NCBI RefSeq assembly: GCF_006345805.1
Contig: NC_043014.1
Span: 24,490,001 to 24,554,000, forward strand
Source: Octopus sinensis
Lineage: Eukaryota
Direction: 5' to 3'
DNA length: 64,000 nt
Positions 14,018 to 27,032 of this stretch are shown here, one piece after another (the first letter of the stretch is position 1; the number at the start of each line of letters is the position of its first letter). Position numbers and translations under genes: made by a program. The notes beneath the pieces are model-generated. The model saw nothing but the letters and a program-made list of their open reading frames with translations, searched no databases and had not been told where the DNA came from.

Positions 14018-15083
14018 TACGAGGGAGTACCCAAAAGAAATTGGAATTTTGCAATATTATTTTATTCATTTAGTTTTATATGTTTATACTTTTATCGCCT
14101 TCAAAGTATTCTCCATGTGAAGCAATGCATCGGTCCAGATGCGTTTCCCACTATTCGAAGCAGTGCAGGAACTTTTGCAAAGTGATGTCTGTTAAAGCCT
14201 CCGTCGTTTTTTCTTTCTTTTTTTTTTTTTTTTCAATTCTTCCACATCTACAAATTCCGTAGCACCAGCTTTCGTCACCAGTGATGATCTTCGCAAAAAG
14301 GTTCGAATCAACATCCAACTGTTCTCTCAGTTCACGACACGCTTTCAGTCGTGACTGCTTTTGATCTTCCGAGAGCAAGCGAGGCACAGATTTTGCTGCA
14401 ACCCTTTTCATTCTCGATTCCTCGCTCAAAATTCTCATTTTATTTTTAATCTCCTGAACTAATCTTCTAAATTAAGCTAAGCTTTAAATATCGGTCGTCT
14501 TTTACTTAGCTTGCAAATACACCTTTTCCTATCAGAATGTTGCAAGACTTCCTACCTTATATACGAAGGGGTACCCAAAAGTTGGCAGGAGCACCAGGAC
14601 ACATCAGTCATATCAAGTTCATCAATTGTTTGGTGCCGGTCCTCCAAGATCAGGCCATGAATTTTCCTATTTTCATTCGTTCGGGAGGTCGACGGTCGCC
14701 TTGAACGAGGTTGGTCTTCAAGCGACAAGTGACTATCCTTAAAACCTGAAAACCACTCGCAAACTTGTGTTTTGCTCATTGCAGCGGCCTTGTAAACTGT
14801 TTGAAATATGACAACTGTTTCAGCCACCGTTTTACCCAGAAGAAAATAGAATTTCACAGAAGCACACTGTTCCTTCGTTCAGCCATCGCAAAAATCGACG
14901 AACAGGCGAGAAGCACTGCAAAACAAAGGCGCACCACGTGACAGTGTGATCGCATCGGACATAGCCACTCGGCAGACTTACGCCTGAGGATGACATCAAG
15001 TGGCTTCTAGCGGCGAAAGGCTGAACTACGACGGGCTTGTCCCACTGAGAACGTTTCCAGTTACTTTTGGGTACCCCTTCGTA
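14018..15083 (-). mobile_element. Mariner (DD34D-type) element, internally deleted, with TIRs and TA TSD
   Basis: TIRs TACGAGGGAGTACCCAAAAGAAATTGGAA and TACGAAGGGGTACCCAAAAGTAACTGGAA. Protein pieces: HTH (KFYFLLGKTVAET..EDQPRSRRP), VPRLLS..IITGDESWCYG and the C-terminal RCIASHGEYFEGD; most of the catalytic core is missing. Confidence 0.92.
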
Positions 15084-15260
15084 TATAAGGTAGGAAGTCT
15101 TACAACATTCTGATAGGAAAAGGTGTATTTGCAAGCTAAGTAAAAGACGACCGATATTTAAAGCTTAGCTTAATTTAGAAGATTAGTTCAGGAGATTAAA
15201 AATAAAATGAGAAATTGAATATAATTGTAAGAGATTTAAATATATATATTGATTACAGGA

Positions 15261-15320
<60 letters not shown>

Positions 15321-15769
15321 CATAAAGAAAGAAAAGCAGAAAGAAAGAAAGAAAGGCAGTGAGAAAGATAGGAAGGGAGGAAAGAAAGAAAGAAAGATTT
15401 CATAAAATAAAACTAGACGTAATGATGATGGACGTTACGATGAGGCTTAGTAGTGTAAGGCGGAAAGTGGCGTTTAGGGGAGGGAGAGATGAAATATAAA
15501 TAGATGAGGAAGAAAAGAGGTGAGGGTAGAGGGAGTCAGAAAGAAACCTGGAGAGATGAAAGGAAAAAGGGTGTGCGCCAAATAGAAAAACACAATGTCA
15601 GATAATGCAAGCGAAAGATATCGAATAGAAAGAGACAGAGAAGGATTTGTGCAAACGATTGCATACAAAAGAAACATAAATAGATGGATGGATGGACGGA
15701 CGGACGGACGAATGGATAGATGGACACAAACTAAATACATCCCAGAGCATGTATCTTTTCGGCTTGTAT

Positions 15770-15975
15770 GAGTGCCTTTGTGTCTGACACCCCACCCCGC
15801 CGCTTGACAACCGGTGTTGGTATGTTTACATCTCCATAAATTAGCGGTTCAGCGAAAGACACTGATAGAATAAGTACCAGACTTTAAAAAATAAGTACTG
15901 GATCAATTCATTCCACTGAAAAATTTTCAAGGCAGTGCCCCAACATGGCCACAGTTCAATTACTCGAAGTAAAAA
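15770..15975 (+). mobile_element. SINE family 1, 3' part
   Basis: Matches the family body and tail. Confidence 0.7.
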
Positions 15976-16129
15976 AATATATATATACAAAAAAGATAAC
16001 TGATGGATAAAGCTTCAAAAATATACAAAAACATTTTTAAAAATATGTTGAAAACGAATGGACCCAACTGGAAATGTATGTGCATAATATTGGTTTCAAA
16101 TATTGGTACAGAAATTTTGTGGGAGGGGA

Positions 16130-16493
16130 TAAGATGATTACATTGTCCCCAGTGCTCAACTAGTAGTTATTTTATCGACCTCGGGGGTATTTGAAGTCAG
16201 AACGTAAAGTCAAAAGAAATTCTGGTAAACATTTTGTCCGGCGCGGTATTCTGCCAGATCGTCACCTTACGTGTGTGCGTGTGTGTGTGTGTGTGTGTGC
16301 ATGTGGATGCACTCGCGCATAATATTGATTTCGAATTTTGGCACAAAGCCAACAGTTTGAGGGGAGGGGATAAGTCGATTATATTGACCCCAGTACTCAT
16401 GTTATCGAGCCCGAGAGGATGTAAAGCAAAGTCGATCTTGGCGGCATTTGAAGTTAGAACGTAAAGACGACGGGCGATTCTGCCAGCTCGCCA

Positions 16494-16500
<7 letters not shown>
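16130..16500 (-). mobile_element. Two partial copies of SINE family 2 (Meta-domain-like core)
   Basis: Repeated ..CCCCAGT..TTATCGA(C/G)C..AAAGTCGA..GGCGGCATTTGAAGT(C/T)AGAACGTAAAG.., colinear with 47805-47970. The MetaSINE assignment is from remembered similarity and has not been searched. Confidence 0.55.
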
Positions 16501-16579
<79 letters not shown>

Positions 16580-17874
16580 TCGGCTATTTAACCATCAAGC
16601 TATTTAATATATCTATCCATCTATCATTAAGTTGTAAAAGACATTATTTGAATGAGGCATGTATTGTATTTTAATTTGTAGCTTGCTTAAGAAAGGTCCG
16701 ATTGATAGCATCGTCATATTTTATTACTGGTATTGACATAAGATTAATGAGTGAGTTGAAATTTGCTCGTATTTTTGTTCTCTAAACAAGCAAGTAACAT
16801 ACCAAACCACGTATTTTTAGACAATGTAAATAAATTCTATCAGTATATAAAAATTTTCTACCACAACTTTGTGTGAACCAGTGTCCACGTTAATGTGTAG
16901 GAGTGCATGGTTGCGTGTTTGCGAGATGGAGAGTAAGAAACAGAAAAGAAAATTAAACAGATCTGCATACTGATTTGTAGACGACTCCATGCATAAACAC
17001 GTATATACACATAGGTGACTAAATGTAGATGACTATATTTGATAACCCTATCTATTTAGCATATTTATGCATGATAATTTTCATAACACTGGCAACATAT
17101 CACGAATGCAAAGGGAGAGGAAAATACTGCATGATGAGTGTGGACTATAAAGAATGGAAATCGGCTTGCCTCTTTTAAGCGAAAAGATCCCAATAATTTA
17201 TTTCGTTATCACAAGGTATCAGATGGAGGGCAGCAGTGGAGTGAGTAGAAAGGTGCGACATTCATTCTATTTTCTAATGTGTTAACGGAGAAAAATTATG
17301 TGAATGAAATCTTTTTATCAGAAAACAGTTGTGAACTCAACTCAGCTGAAATTTATACCTTGCTCTACAACATTCGTCACCTGATCACATATATAATCGA
17401 TATTAATTGTTGTTGATCAACTACGAGCCAAATGTTTGTACATGTATAGGAGAATAGTTAAGTGAACAGGCTGATCTATTACATATTTCTAACAGCCATG
17501 GGCGCAGGAGTGTATACTTGCTGATGTCACCTGCTTAGCTAGTATTTCATTTCATCGACCCAGGAAGGATGAAAAGCTAAGTTGATCTCGGTGGGATTTG
17601 AATGGACCATAATGATTTCTGATTTAGATACAAGACCGTCTACTTTGGTTGGTACTTATTTTATTGACATCGAAAGGATGAAACATAAAGTTGGCCTCAA
17701 CGAGATTTGAACTTATAACGTAAAGAGTAGAAATATCTTAAAATCTTTCCTGCGATTCTCTAGTGTTCCTGCTAACTCCCCGCCTTTGACCACTCTATAA
17801 TAATGTTCCAAATGGAACACAGAAGAAACACATGTCCTGTGCTTTTGTATTCTTGGGGGTAGGGAGGATTATAG

Positions 17875-18298
17875 CGATCTTTTCGGTTTGAACGGCAGTT
17901 TTTTTAAATAATTTCCACGTAACTAAACACTTTTAAACTTCGTATACCGGTAGAATGTGTTTATAAAACATCTTTTTCTCTTGGCTTTATAGAGAAAATT
18001 CTATAGTTTGTATGATATTTGTTATTTTTTCTTCAATTTCTGCAATTTCAACCAATCAATGACGTCTATTGAGGTGAAAACAGTCTGTGCGGTATGAATA
18101 TGTCGCTCGTTTAAGAAACAGATTGGGTTTATTTACATTTCTGAAAAAAAAAAAGATACCCTTCCCCCACCCCTAACCCTAACTAAGCCTAACCCTAAAA
18201 CAGATTGAAATGCAATAGATCGATACTAGGGTCATAATTATGGGTGACAATTTCATATGACACCGCTAGAAAAACTGCCGTTCAAACCGAAAAGATCC
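17875..18298 (+). mobile_element. Complete MITE family 1 copy
   Basis: TIRs GATCTTTTCGGTTTGAACGGCAGTTTTT and AAAAACTGCCGTTCAAACCGAAAAGATC; internal CCCTAACCCTAACTAAGCCTAACCCTAA. Confidence 0.85.
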
Positions 18299-18480
18299 GG
18301 ATATAGGGCTAATATCCAGTTTAACACCCCGCCACCAAAACAAAGAAAAAACAACAAGTGTAACAGGTGTAATAAAATGTGTAGTAAACGAACCTGAAAA
18401 CCAAAATTTGTGCAAATGACCCGAGGGTGGGGGAAGACTTACACATATATATAAATATACACATACACAGACATATATAT

Positions 18481-20975
18481 CGTTATATGTTCGTGACTAT
18501 GTGTATGTGTAGGTATACGTATATCTGAATACATCCCCATTATTAGTACTATTTTGTTAAGCGCTATTTTGTTAAGTACTATTAAGTATTATTTTGTTAA
18601 GACTGTGTGAACTATGAATAAAGCGAATACGCACAGTGTGTATCACTCCGCTATACATATACAGTTGTAAATATGCCAAGTAAACAAACACGTAGAATCA
18701 TAATAACGCTTTCTATGAGTTGTTTTATTGTCCCAACACAAAGCAAAGAATATATAACATGGTGGCAGCGATAAATACTTAATCGAAAACCGTGCCATTA
18801 CAACAAAACAGGAACACAACAAACCTGAATTTAACAAACTGAATATTGCTTCGTCTTTGGACATATGCGAGAATCCAAAATAGCGACCCCGTCGCCGTAC
18901 AGATGAATCTACATCCGACCATGAATTGGGACGCTGATGATGTGAAAGCGTTCAAGAAATTGAAACAGAAAAGTCAAATTGCTTTCAAAAGCTTCCTGAA
19001 AGGTACAACTGCCGACGAAAAGTAAGCTACATCCTTTTATGGACGGGTGAGAAGGGCTTAGACGTATTCAATAGTTGCGACATGTCAGAATCGGATTGTC
19101 GTAATCCAGACACGCTTTTAGAGAAATGTGAAAGATACCTAGAGCCCAGATCAAACCACAGAATTCATAGGTACGAATTCCAGGGCCTGAAACAAGACCC
19201 ACAAGAAACAATTGACAACTTCCTGTCCAGACTAAAGAATGTTGCCGAGAAATGCAGATTCAAAGACAAGAACGAAAGGATTGTTGATCAACTCATACGG
19301 GGGTGTGCTCATAAAGAAGTCCAAAAATCCCTCATAGATAAGGACGCTCTCCAGTTGATAGAAGCTGTAGAATGCAAGAGCATTTGAAGCCACTACCAAA
19401 CAAATGGCCTCACTTACTTTACAAACAAACACAATAGGCAGTAGTGTAGATATTGTATCTAGACAAAGGATGAAACATACATACAAGCAGAGAACATGCC
19501 AGTACTGTGGTTCAGAGCATGAGGTCAATGGCCGGAGGAAATATCCTGCATACGGAACACATTGCAATGTATGTGGACAGCCCAACCACTGGGAAAAAAT
19601 GTGTAGATTAACAAAATCTCACAAATACAAGCCCTAGCTTTCAAAGAGGAGCGGAAAGAGAAGACGAGGAGATGTACATGCCCAACAACAAGAAGAAAAC
19701 ACCTCAGAGGAGGAATTTTTGGCAGTCGGTACAATAAATGTACATGAGATGGGAAACAGCAACCAAAAAAAAAAAAAAAAATGAGGCATACACAATAATA
19801 CAAACCCAAAAGGAGTCAGGCAAGAAACGAATAAACATTGACCTAAACCTAAAGATTGACACTGGAGCCCAGAGTGATATCTTGCCTGTCAACCTCTACA
19901 AAAAGATATTCCCAGAACACATGACATAAGAGGATAAAGTCAAAGAAGGAATCCTCACACCAAGTGTTGTAATCCTGACTGCAGATGGAGGCACCACTGA
20001 GTAAAACAACCATTACAGGGACACACAAAGGAAGAAAAATCAAGTGCTCTTTTTATATCACAAGAACAGAAGGACTCGCAATTCTCGGACTTAATACCTG
20101 TCAAAAGCTCAACATTGTCAATCAAGAGTGAAGTGAAGGCAGCTCCGAGCAGAATTAACAGTGACCACCAATTAGAAATAAAGATGAACTGATGAGCATG
20201 TACCCAGAATGTTTTGATGATGCAGTTGGGTGTTTTGAGAAGTATCAGTATCATATAATAGTCGACCCCAACATCAAGCCAGTTGTCCACCCACCTCGCC
20301 GTGTTCCGAGAGCTAATGAAATATGACGCAGAGTTTGATCGGTGAGCTTCACACACACAGGATTTCAACACAATCAAAAAGCTTATCAGCAAGAAGACAA
20401 CTTTGCAGTACTATGACAGACGCAAAACACTAACACTAACTGAGAGGAGTTGACGCAGCATTGATACAAAGAGGTAGACCTTTTGCCTCGAAAGCTCTCT
20501 CACCCACAGAGACAAGTACGCAAACATAGAAAGGGAACTCCTGGCAGTAGTCTCTGGCTGTGAAAAATTTCATACATATCTCTATGGCTGACATTTCAAT
20601 ATTGAGTCAGACCATCGTCCTTTTGAACAAATAGACAGAAAAACAGCTTCACAAAAGCACCAGCCACACTGCAAAGGTGTAGCTCCATCTGATATTGGCG
20701 GATGCTCTTTCCAGACTATTATCGCATGATAAACAGGAGATGGGAGGACTCAATGTAAAGGGCCATCACATTGTAAAAATAGCAAATACAAAGGTGGAAC
20801 AAATCAAAGAGGAGACCATCAGAGATAAAGAACTCTATCTCCCTACCCAGATGGGGAGTTCTGATGGCTGGATTCCGAATAATCATACCCAGATCAATGC
20901 AAAAAGTGATCCTTGACAAGATCCACCAAGAGCATCTGGGAATGGAAAAATGCAAACTCCGAGCCAAGTCAGCTG
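18481..20975 (+). mobile_element. Degenerate, 3'-truncated Ty3/Gypsy element (Mag-like gag-pol)
   Basis: 5' LTR 18481-18759 ((C)GTTATAT..ATATAACA). Gag (MNWD..KVSYILLWTG..RIVDQLIRG), Cys-His knuckles (CQYCGSEH, CNVCGQPNHWEKMC), protease LKIDTGAQSDILP, deleted RT/RH remnants and integrase Zn-finger IHQEHLGMEKCKLRAK. Confidence 0.85.
18760..18770 (+). promoter_or_regulatory. Primer-binding site, tRNA-Leu type
   Basis: TGGTGGCAGCG immediately after ..TAACA, complementary to the 3' end of eukaryotic tRNA-Leu(AAG). Confidence 0.7.
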
Positions 20976-21290
20976 TATATTGTTTTATTCTTCGTGGTGT
21001 GTATCACGATCGCTACTTATATTTTTTGCACGATGTTTTAGGCACTGAGCAATCCCTCTCTTTACACTGTATAGATGGTGGGAATTGAAGTTCAGGTATC
21101 ATCCAGTAAATGTCGGCTTGCAGTATACGGATATCCTGAATCCATACTTGGTCCGTGTTATTAATACGTCCAGGAATTCAAACTGATTGTCTTTTTCCTT
21201 TTCCATTGTGAACTGTATGGATGGCTTTATTGAGTTCACATGATCTAACAGCACTTGGTGTCATTAACATATCGTAGCCATAGTATTGGT
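20975..21290 (-). mobile_element. Penelope-like RT C-terminal fragment
   Basis: Manual translation: LLDHVNSIKPSIQFTMEKEKDNQFEFLDVLITRTKYGFRISVYCKPTFTG*YLNFNSHHLYSVKRG. Confidence 0.8.
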
Positions 21291-21309
21291 TTTAGTGGTG
21301 TTGATCCAC

Positions 21310-21840
21310 GAAGAAAAAAAGATACCTTCCCCCACCCCTAACCCTAACCATAACTCTAAACATAACCCTAAAATAGATTGAAATGCAATAGATCGATACT
21401 AGGGTTATAATTATGACAATTTCATACGACAATGGGATTTTTTTCTAGCGGTGTCAAATGAAAATGTTACCCATAATTATAACCCTAGTATCGATCTATT
21501 GCATTTCAATCTATTTTAGATTTAGGGTTAGGGTTGGGGTGGGGGAAGGGTATCTTTTTCTTTTCTTCGCAAATGTAAATAAACCCAATCTGTTTCTTAA
21601 ACGAGAGATATATTCATACAGCACAGAATGTTTTCACTCCAAATGGATGTCAGCGATTGGTTAAAATTGCCGAAATGCTCGAAATTTCAGACGAAATATC
21701 TTAGAAACTATAGAATTTTCTCAATAAAGCCAAGAAAAAAATGATGTTTTATAAACACATTCTACCACTATACGAAGTTTAAAAGTGTTTAGTTAACTAG
21801 AAATTATGTTGACGTGTGCCGTTCAAGAGGAAAAGATCCA
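21310..21840. mobile_element. MITE family 1 minus-strand copy with an inverted partial duplicate (foldback)
   Basis: ~21312-21420 (+) mirrors ~21470-21560 (-); the element ends ..GAGGAAAAGATCC at ~21839. Confidence 0.7.
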
Positions 21841-22199
21841 GATGTAATTTTATAATGAAAACAAATTCAAAATTTAAATTTTGGAGCAAAACACTACGTT
21901 TTTTGGTGTATGGCTGCAGATGAAATAGGTTAAAACAAAGGCGTGTGTGTGGTTGGGCCTTTAATAGCAGTTTAAGGTCAGTCGCAGAAAGGAATTCAAA
22001 ACGGCAACACGCACAGTCATATAATAGAAATATACACATATGCACACACATATACAAACACATACCTAGAGAGAGAGGCAGACAGACAGTGTCAGATAGT
22101 CCACAACGAAGTTTTCACCTCTCTCTCTCTCTCTTCCTACCTGTTGCTTTGCCAAGTCGACCGCGTCCTCCGCTTCATTTTTTGTAAATCATTCTCAAT

Positions 22200-22382
22200 T
22201 AATTGTATATATTTTAATTGTTTGTTTATTCATACGTTTCGTCTCATTCGATACCCTGACCCCAATGTTTGTTTTGTCTGTCCTCGTATCGTCCATTCTT
22301 TTTCTCAACCTCATTGTTAATAAAGAAATTGACTGTAAATCACACGTTCTCATTTATTTGTATATATTTTAATTGTTTGTTT
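22200..22382. repeat. ~160-bp tandem repeat unit, left of the Gypsy insertion
   Basis: The same unit continues at 33779-34030 (..ATTCATACGTTTCGTCTCATTCGATACCCTGACCC..AAAGAAATTGACTG..). Confidence 0.85.
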
Positions 22383-23170
22383 TGTAGCAGTAGCAGTTTC
22401 AGCCATTTTGAAATGTGGCTGTAGCGGTCTCTGATATCCTCTGATATCCTCTGATATCCTCACAGAAATGATCTCGTTTGAGATTACAGCCATCTTCGAC
22501 CGAGTTGTTCCTGTTGTAACCACTAACCTGATTGGTTGACGTGTGACGCGATTTGTCTCTACTTATTTCGCGCCACTGTCCCAAGCCAACCAATCACGGC
22601 CTTTGGTTAAGGTCCCATTTCTTAGGCTCGTTTGAGCCTCCTAACCTGTATATAAGGGAGTGTTTTCAGTATACTTGCGTCTTTGGTTCTAGTCCTTATA
22701 AGGACTATATTCAGACCACAGAGCTACTCAACCCGGCGACAGACGATTGCTCCTGCTACAACCAGCGACGACGCCAGCATGTATCCAGCACCGCAGAAAA
22801 TCTACTATCTTCCCCGCCGTCGTCACCATCATTGTACTAACTTCAAGTCGTCTCTACCATCGCCGCCATACGAACTGTAAACCAATTTCCATTATTAACT
22901 CTACGCTCTGTACTTTTTATGCCACAGGCATTCACCCTGATTGTATCTGTCACACACACGAACACACAGACACAAACACGTGTTGCATACGCACACACGT
23001 ACTAACACTTACAAACTTCTAACATTAACACGATTGTAAATAAAATAATATCTATATCTCTAACAGTAAAGCTTGTCGTCCATTCACCTATGTTCTTTTG
23101 GCACTGTATTGTATTTATGGCTTATCTTAATTCGTTAAGAATGCGACCACGTGCGGTCGTATTTCTTACA
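22383..23170 (+). repeat. 5' LTR (type A, 788 bp)
   Basis: TGTAGCAG..CTTACA; about 7 substitutions and one small replacement versus the 3' LTR (by eye). Confidence 0.95.
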
Positions 23171-23171
23171 C

Positions 23172-23180
23172 TGGTGACCC
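23172..23180 (+). promoter_or_regulatory. Primer-binding site, tRNA-Trp type (short)
   Basis: TGGTGACCC one base after the LTR end; matches the start of the TGGTGACCCCGACGTGAT tRNA-Trp PBS. Confidence 0.7.
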
Positions 23181-26100
23181 GCCGTTTTCAAACACGCAGC
23201 CATTCGTATTCCCTACGCAGCCAATAATAAGCATAAAACGTTGACACAAGAAGAACGCTGAAGAAGAAAACTTAGAAGAAAATTTTAGCTGCACCTTCTC
23301 GCAATACAAAAAATTTTGAGCTGTTAAAAGTTTAATAACAAAACATTAAAAAATATATATATTCACACATATAATGGAGCAGGAAATAAAAGAATTCGAG
23401 ACGTCATATTTCGATAGAAGTTACACTAGCTTCTGTGAATGTATTGAATTGTCCTCCGTGGACTGGAGACACCGTAATTTGGTTGGCGCAACTGGAGGCA
23501 AGCTTTAAAGCTAACAGAATTACAAATGAAGAACAGAAATACAACATAATGCTTAGCAATTTACCTCCACCCCTAAATAATGAAATTAGAGATTTGCTAC
23601 TGAACCCTATAGAACCAGTTTCTTATTCTTCAATTAAAGATGAAATATTGAAGCGTATATCAAATTCTAAGCAAAAAGAATTTGCGAAGTTATTCAACAA
23701 TGAAGAGCTGGGTTATAAAAAACCCACACAACTTCTGCGAAGGATGAATGAACTTCTGGGAAATCAGCAGATAGAAGAATCGTATCTCAAAGAAGCGTTT
23801 TTCAATAAACTGCCGTATAAAACTCAAACGTTGCTTTCGGCCGTTAAAAACCAAAACTTCATTCAACAGTTGGCAGATTTAGCAGACGGTATTCTGGAAT
23901 TATCGTCCAAAGAAACTATAAATGCAATTCCATCTATTTCGAATGAAATACAGGAATTAAAAAATTGTTATGAAAAACAATTCGACGTATTAACGAAAAA
24001 AATAGAGAGTTTGCAACTTGAAAGAAACAGTCGCTCGGCCCAACAAAAAAATGCAAGATGGCGCAGGAGATCGAGGAGCCCTAGTTTAAAAAGAAACGCC
24101 ATATGTTGGTACCACGCTAAATTTGGAGACAATTCATTCAAATGTATTAAACCTTGTGCATTTGATTTCCTTACTAAAAAAAAAGGGAAATTCGGAAAAC
24201 TTCTAAACCACCGATTGGATGCGACGAAATCTGTGGATAATATTATAAAAAGTCGCGTATTTTTCGTCTATGACTTAAACTCGAAAGAAAGGTTTTTAGT
24301 TGATACAGGAGCAGCTTGTTCAATTTGGCCTGTAAAGCTTTTAAAACAAAAAACCAAACCTGTATATATGACTCTTCAAGCAGTGAATCAATCTGAAATC
24401 CAAAAATTTGGAGAGATTAGCTTAACTCTAGATATAAATTTAAGAAGAGAGTATAAATGGATCTTCATAGTAGCAGATTTACCATATCCAATATTAGGAG
24501 CGGATTTTTTGGCGCACTATCATTTAATGGTAGATGTTAACAAACAAAAATTGATAGACACAGAAACTTCATTAAAAATTCAAGGAATGAGATGCAGAAA
24601 AGCAGCAGTTAGTCCATTATATTTCATAGCGTCCTCAGAAAATAGATATCACAGGATTTTGAAGAATTATCCAAATATCACGAAACAGTTAGCTCTAAAT
24701 ACCACGTGTGTGCATTCGGTAGAGCATCACATCGTCACAGAAGGACCACCAAGTTTTTCTAAGCCGAGAAGATTATCTCCGGAAAAATTGAAGGTGGCTA
24801 AGGCAGAATTTCGGCATATGATGGATCTAGGTATAATCCGTCCTTCCAGTAGTAGCTGGTCAACACCATTAGTTATGGTAAATAAAAATCTTATAGACTG
24901 GCGACCTTGTGGAGATTTCAGACAACTGAATGCGAAAACAAAAGCAGATAAATATCCGATACCCCAAATTATGGATTTTGCAACTTCTTTGAGTGGTTGT
25001 ACTATTTTTTCAAAAATTGATTTAGTCAGAGCATACAATCAAATTCCTGTTGCAGGAAATGATATACCGAAGACAGCCATTACCACTCCATTTGGTTTAT
25101 TTGAATTTCTTCGCATGCCTTTCGGAGTGAGGAACGCAGCAAATACTTTTCAAAGATTCATGGACGAAGTAACACGAGATTTACCTTTCGTATTTGCTTA
25201 TATAGATGATATTCTCATTGCTAGTCCGTCAGAAGAAACACATGAAGAACATTTAAAAAAATTTTTCGAAAGATTGACGAATTTTGGCATTGTGATAAAT
25301 CCATCGAAGTGTGTTTTTGGTGAAACAACTATATCTTTTTTGGGTCATCTTATAGATAAAGATGGAATTCGCCCATTACCAGAAAAAGTTGAAGCAATAA
25401 AAAACTTTCCTGTACCGAATAATTTAAGGAAGCTCAGAGAATTTTTAGGGATAGTGAATTTTTACATAAAGTTTATTCCTAAAGTTACGGAAACCCTATA
25501 TCCCTTAACTGAGCTATTGAAAAATAGAAAGAAAAAAATGAAGCCATAACTTTAAAAGAAACAGAATTACAAGCTTTTAAAGAAATTAAAGAGAAACTGT
25601 GTAAAGCAACGCTTTTAAACCATCAGGTTCCTGAAGCGAAATTATCATTGATGGTTGATGCTTCCGATGTTGGAATCGGTGGCGTTCTACAGCAATTTCA
25701 TTGTAATTTCTGGCAACCATTAGCATTTTTTTCAAAAAAATTCAAGGCACCAGAAACTAAATACAGTGTGTTCGGCAGAGAATTGTTGGCAGCTTATTTG
25801 TCAATTTCAGACATCTTCTTGAAGGTAGGTAATTTATTTTATTCACTGACCATAAACCATTAACATATGCGTTAAGAAGTTCTTCGGAGAAATATTCTCC
25901 TAGAGAAATTAGACACCTTGATTTTATTTCACAGTTTACGGTGGATATACGTTATATCAAGGGTGTTGAAAATTCAGCAGCAGATGCACTTTCTAGAATG
26001 AATGTAGATGCATTAAACTCATTAAATAATATAAATTTGGAAGAAATGTCTAAGGATCGTTGCAGATAAAGAATTTTCTTTATATAAAAATTCGGATTCC

Positions 26101-27032
26101 ACTTCTTTAAAATTTAAAATGTTGCCGATCCATTCGTGTAATTCACATATTTGGTGTGATATTTCTACAGTTTTTTTGAGACCATTTGTGCCTGAAAAGC
26201 ATAGAAAAAATGTTTTTTCTAGCTTACATAATTTATCTCATCCAGGTATAGAGGCTTCGTTAAAGTTAATATCAAGTCGTTTTGTTTGGCCTGGTATGAA
26301 TAAAGATATTCGTTCTTGGGTTAAGTTATATATTGCAATGTCAAAAATCAAAAGTACAGCGTCATATCAAAGCACCATTAGGTACATTTGCAAATCCGGA
26401 TGCGAGATTCCAACATATCCACATCGATATAGTTGGACCTTTAACTCCATGTGAGGATAATATGTATTTGTTGACGTGTATCGATCGCTTTTCGAGATGG
26501 CCCGAGGCTTATCGGATAAAAGACGTATCTGCAGTAACTATAGCAAAAACCTTATTTACCAATTGGATGTCTAAATTTGGCATCCCAAATACAGTGACAA
26601 CAGATCGTGGTAGACAATTTGAGTCTAGACTGTTCGCAGAATTCAATAAATTGTTGGGTATTAATAGAATTCGTACAACTTCATATCACCCACAATCTAA
26701 CGGAATGGTAGAAAGGTTCCATAGGCAGTTGAAATCTTCATTAAGAACTTATTCTGATTCTAACAGTTGGCTAGAAGCCTTACCAGTAGTATTGTTAGGA
26801 ATTAGAAGTGCCGTTAAAGAAAATATACAATATTCTCCGGCTGAACTTTTGTACGGAACAACATTAACTCTACCTGCTCAAAAGAAACTAATTTTTTTGA
26901 TGTAGATGTTAATGATTATGTAACTCGTCTAAAAAGATTTCTTACTGATATTCCTTCTTTTACAAGAAAGTTGCAGAATGTTAAAAGCTTCGTTCCTTCT
27001 TATATAAAATTTTGGACACATGTATTTGTACG

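Noticed and set aside
22225-22265. GAGACGAAACGTA on the minus strand of the ~160-bp tandem repeat, resembling half a hammerhead
   Set aside because: No CTGANGA or matching stem II arm upstream on the same strand.
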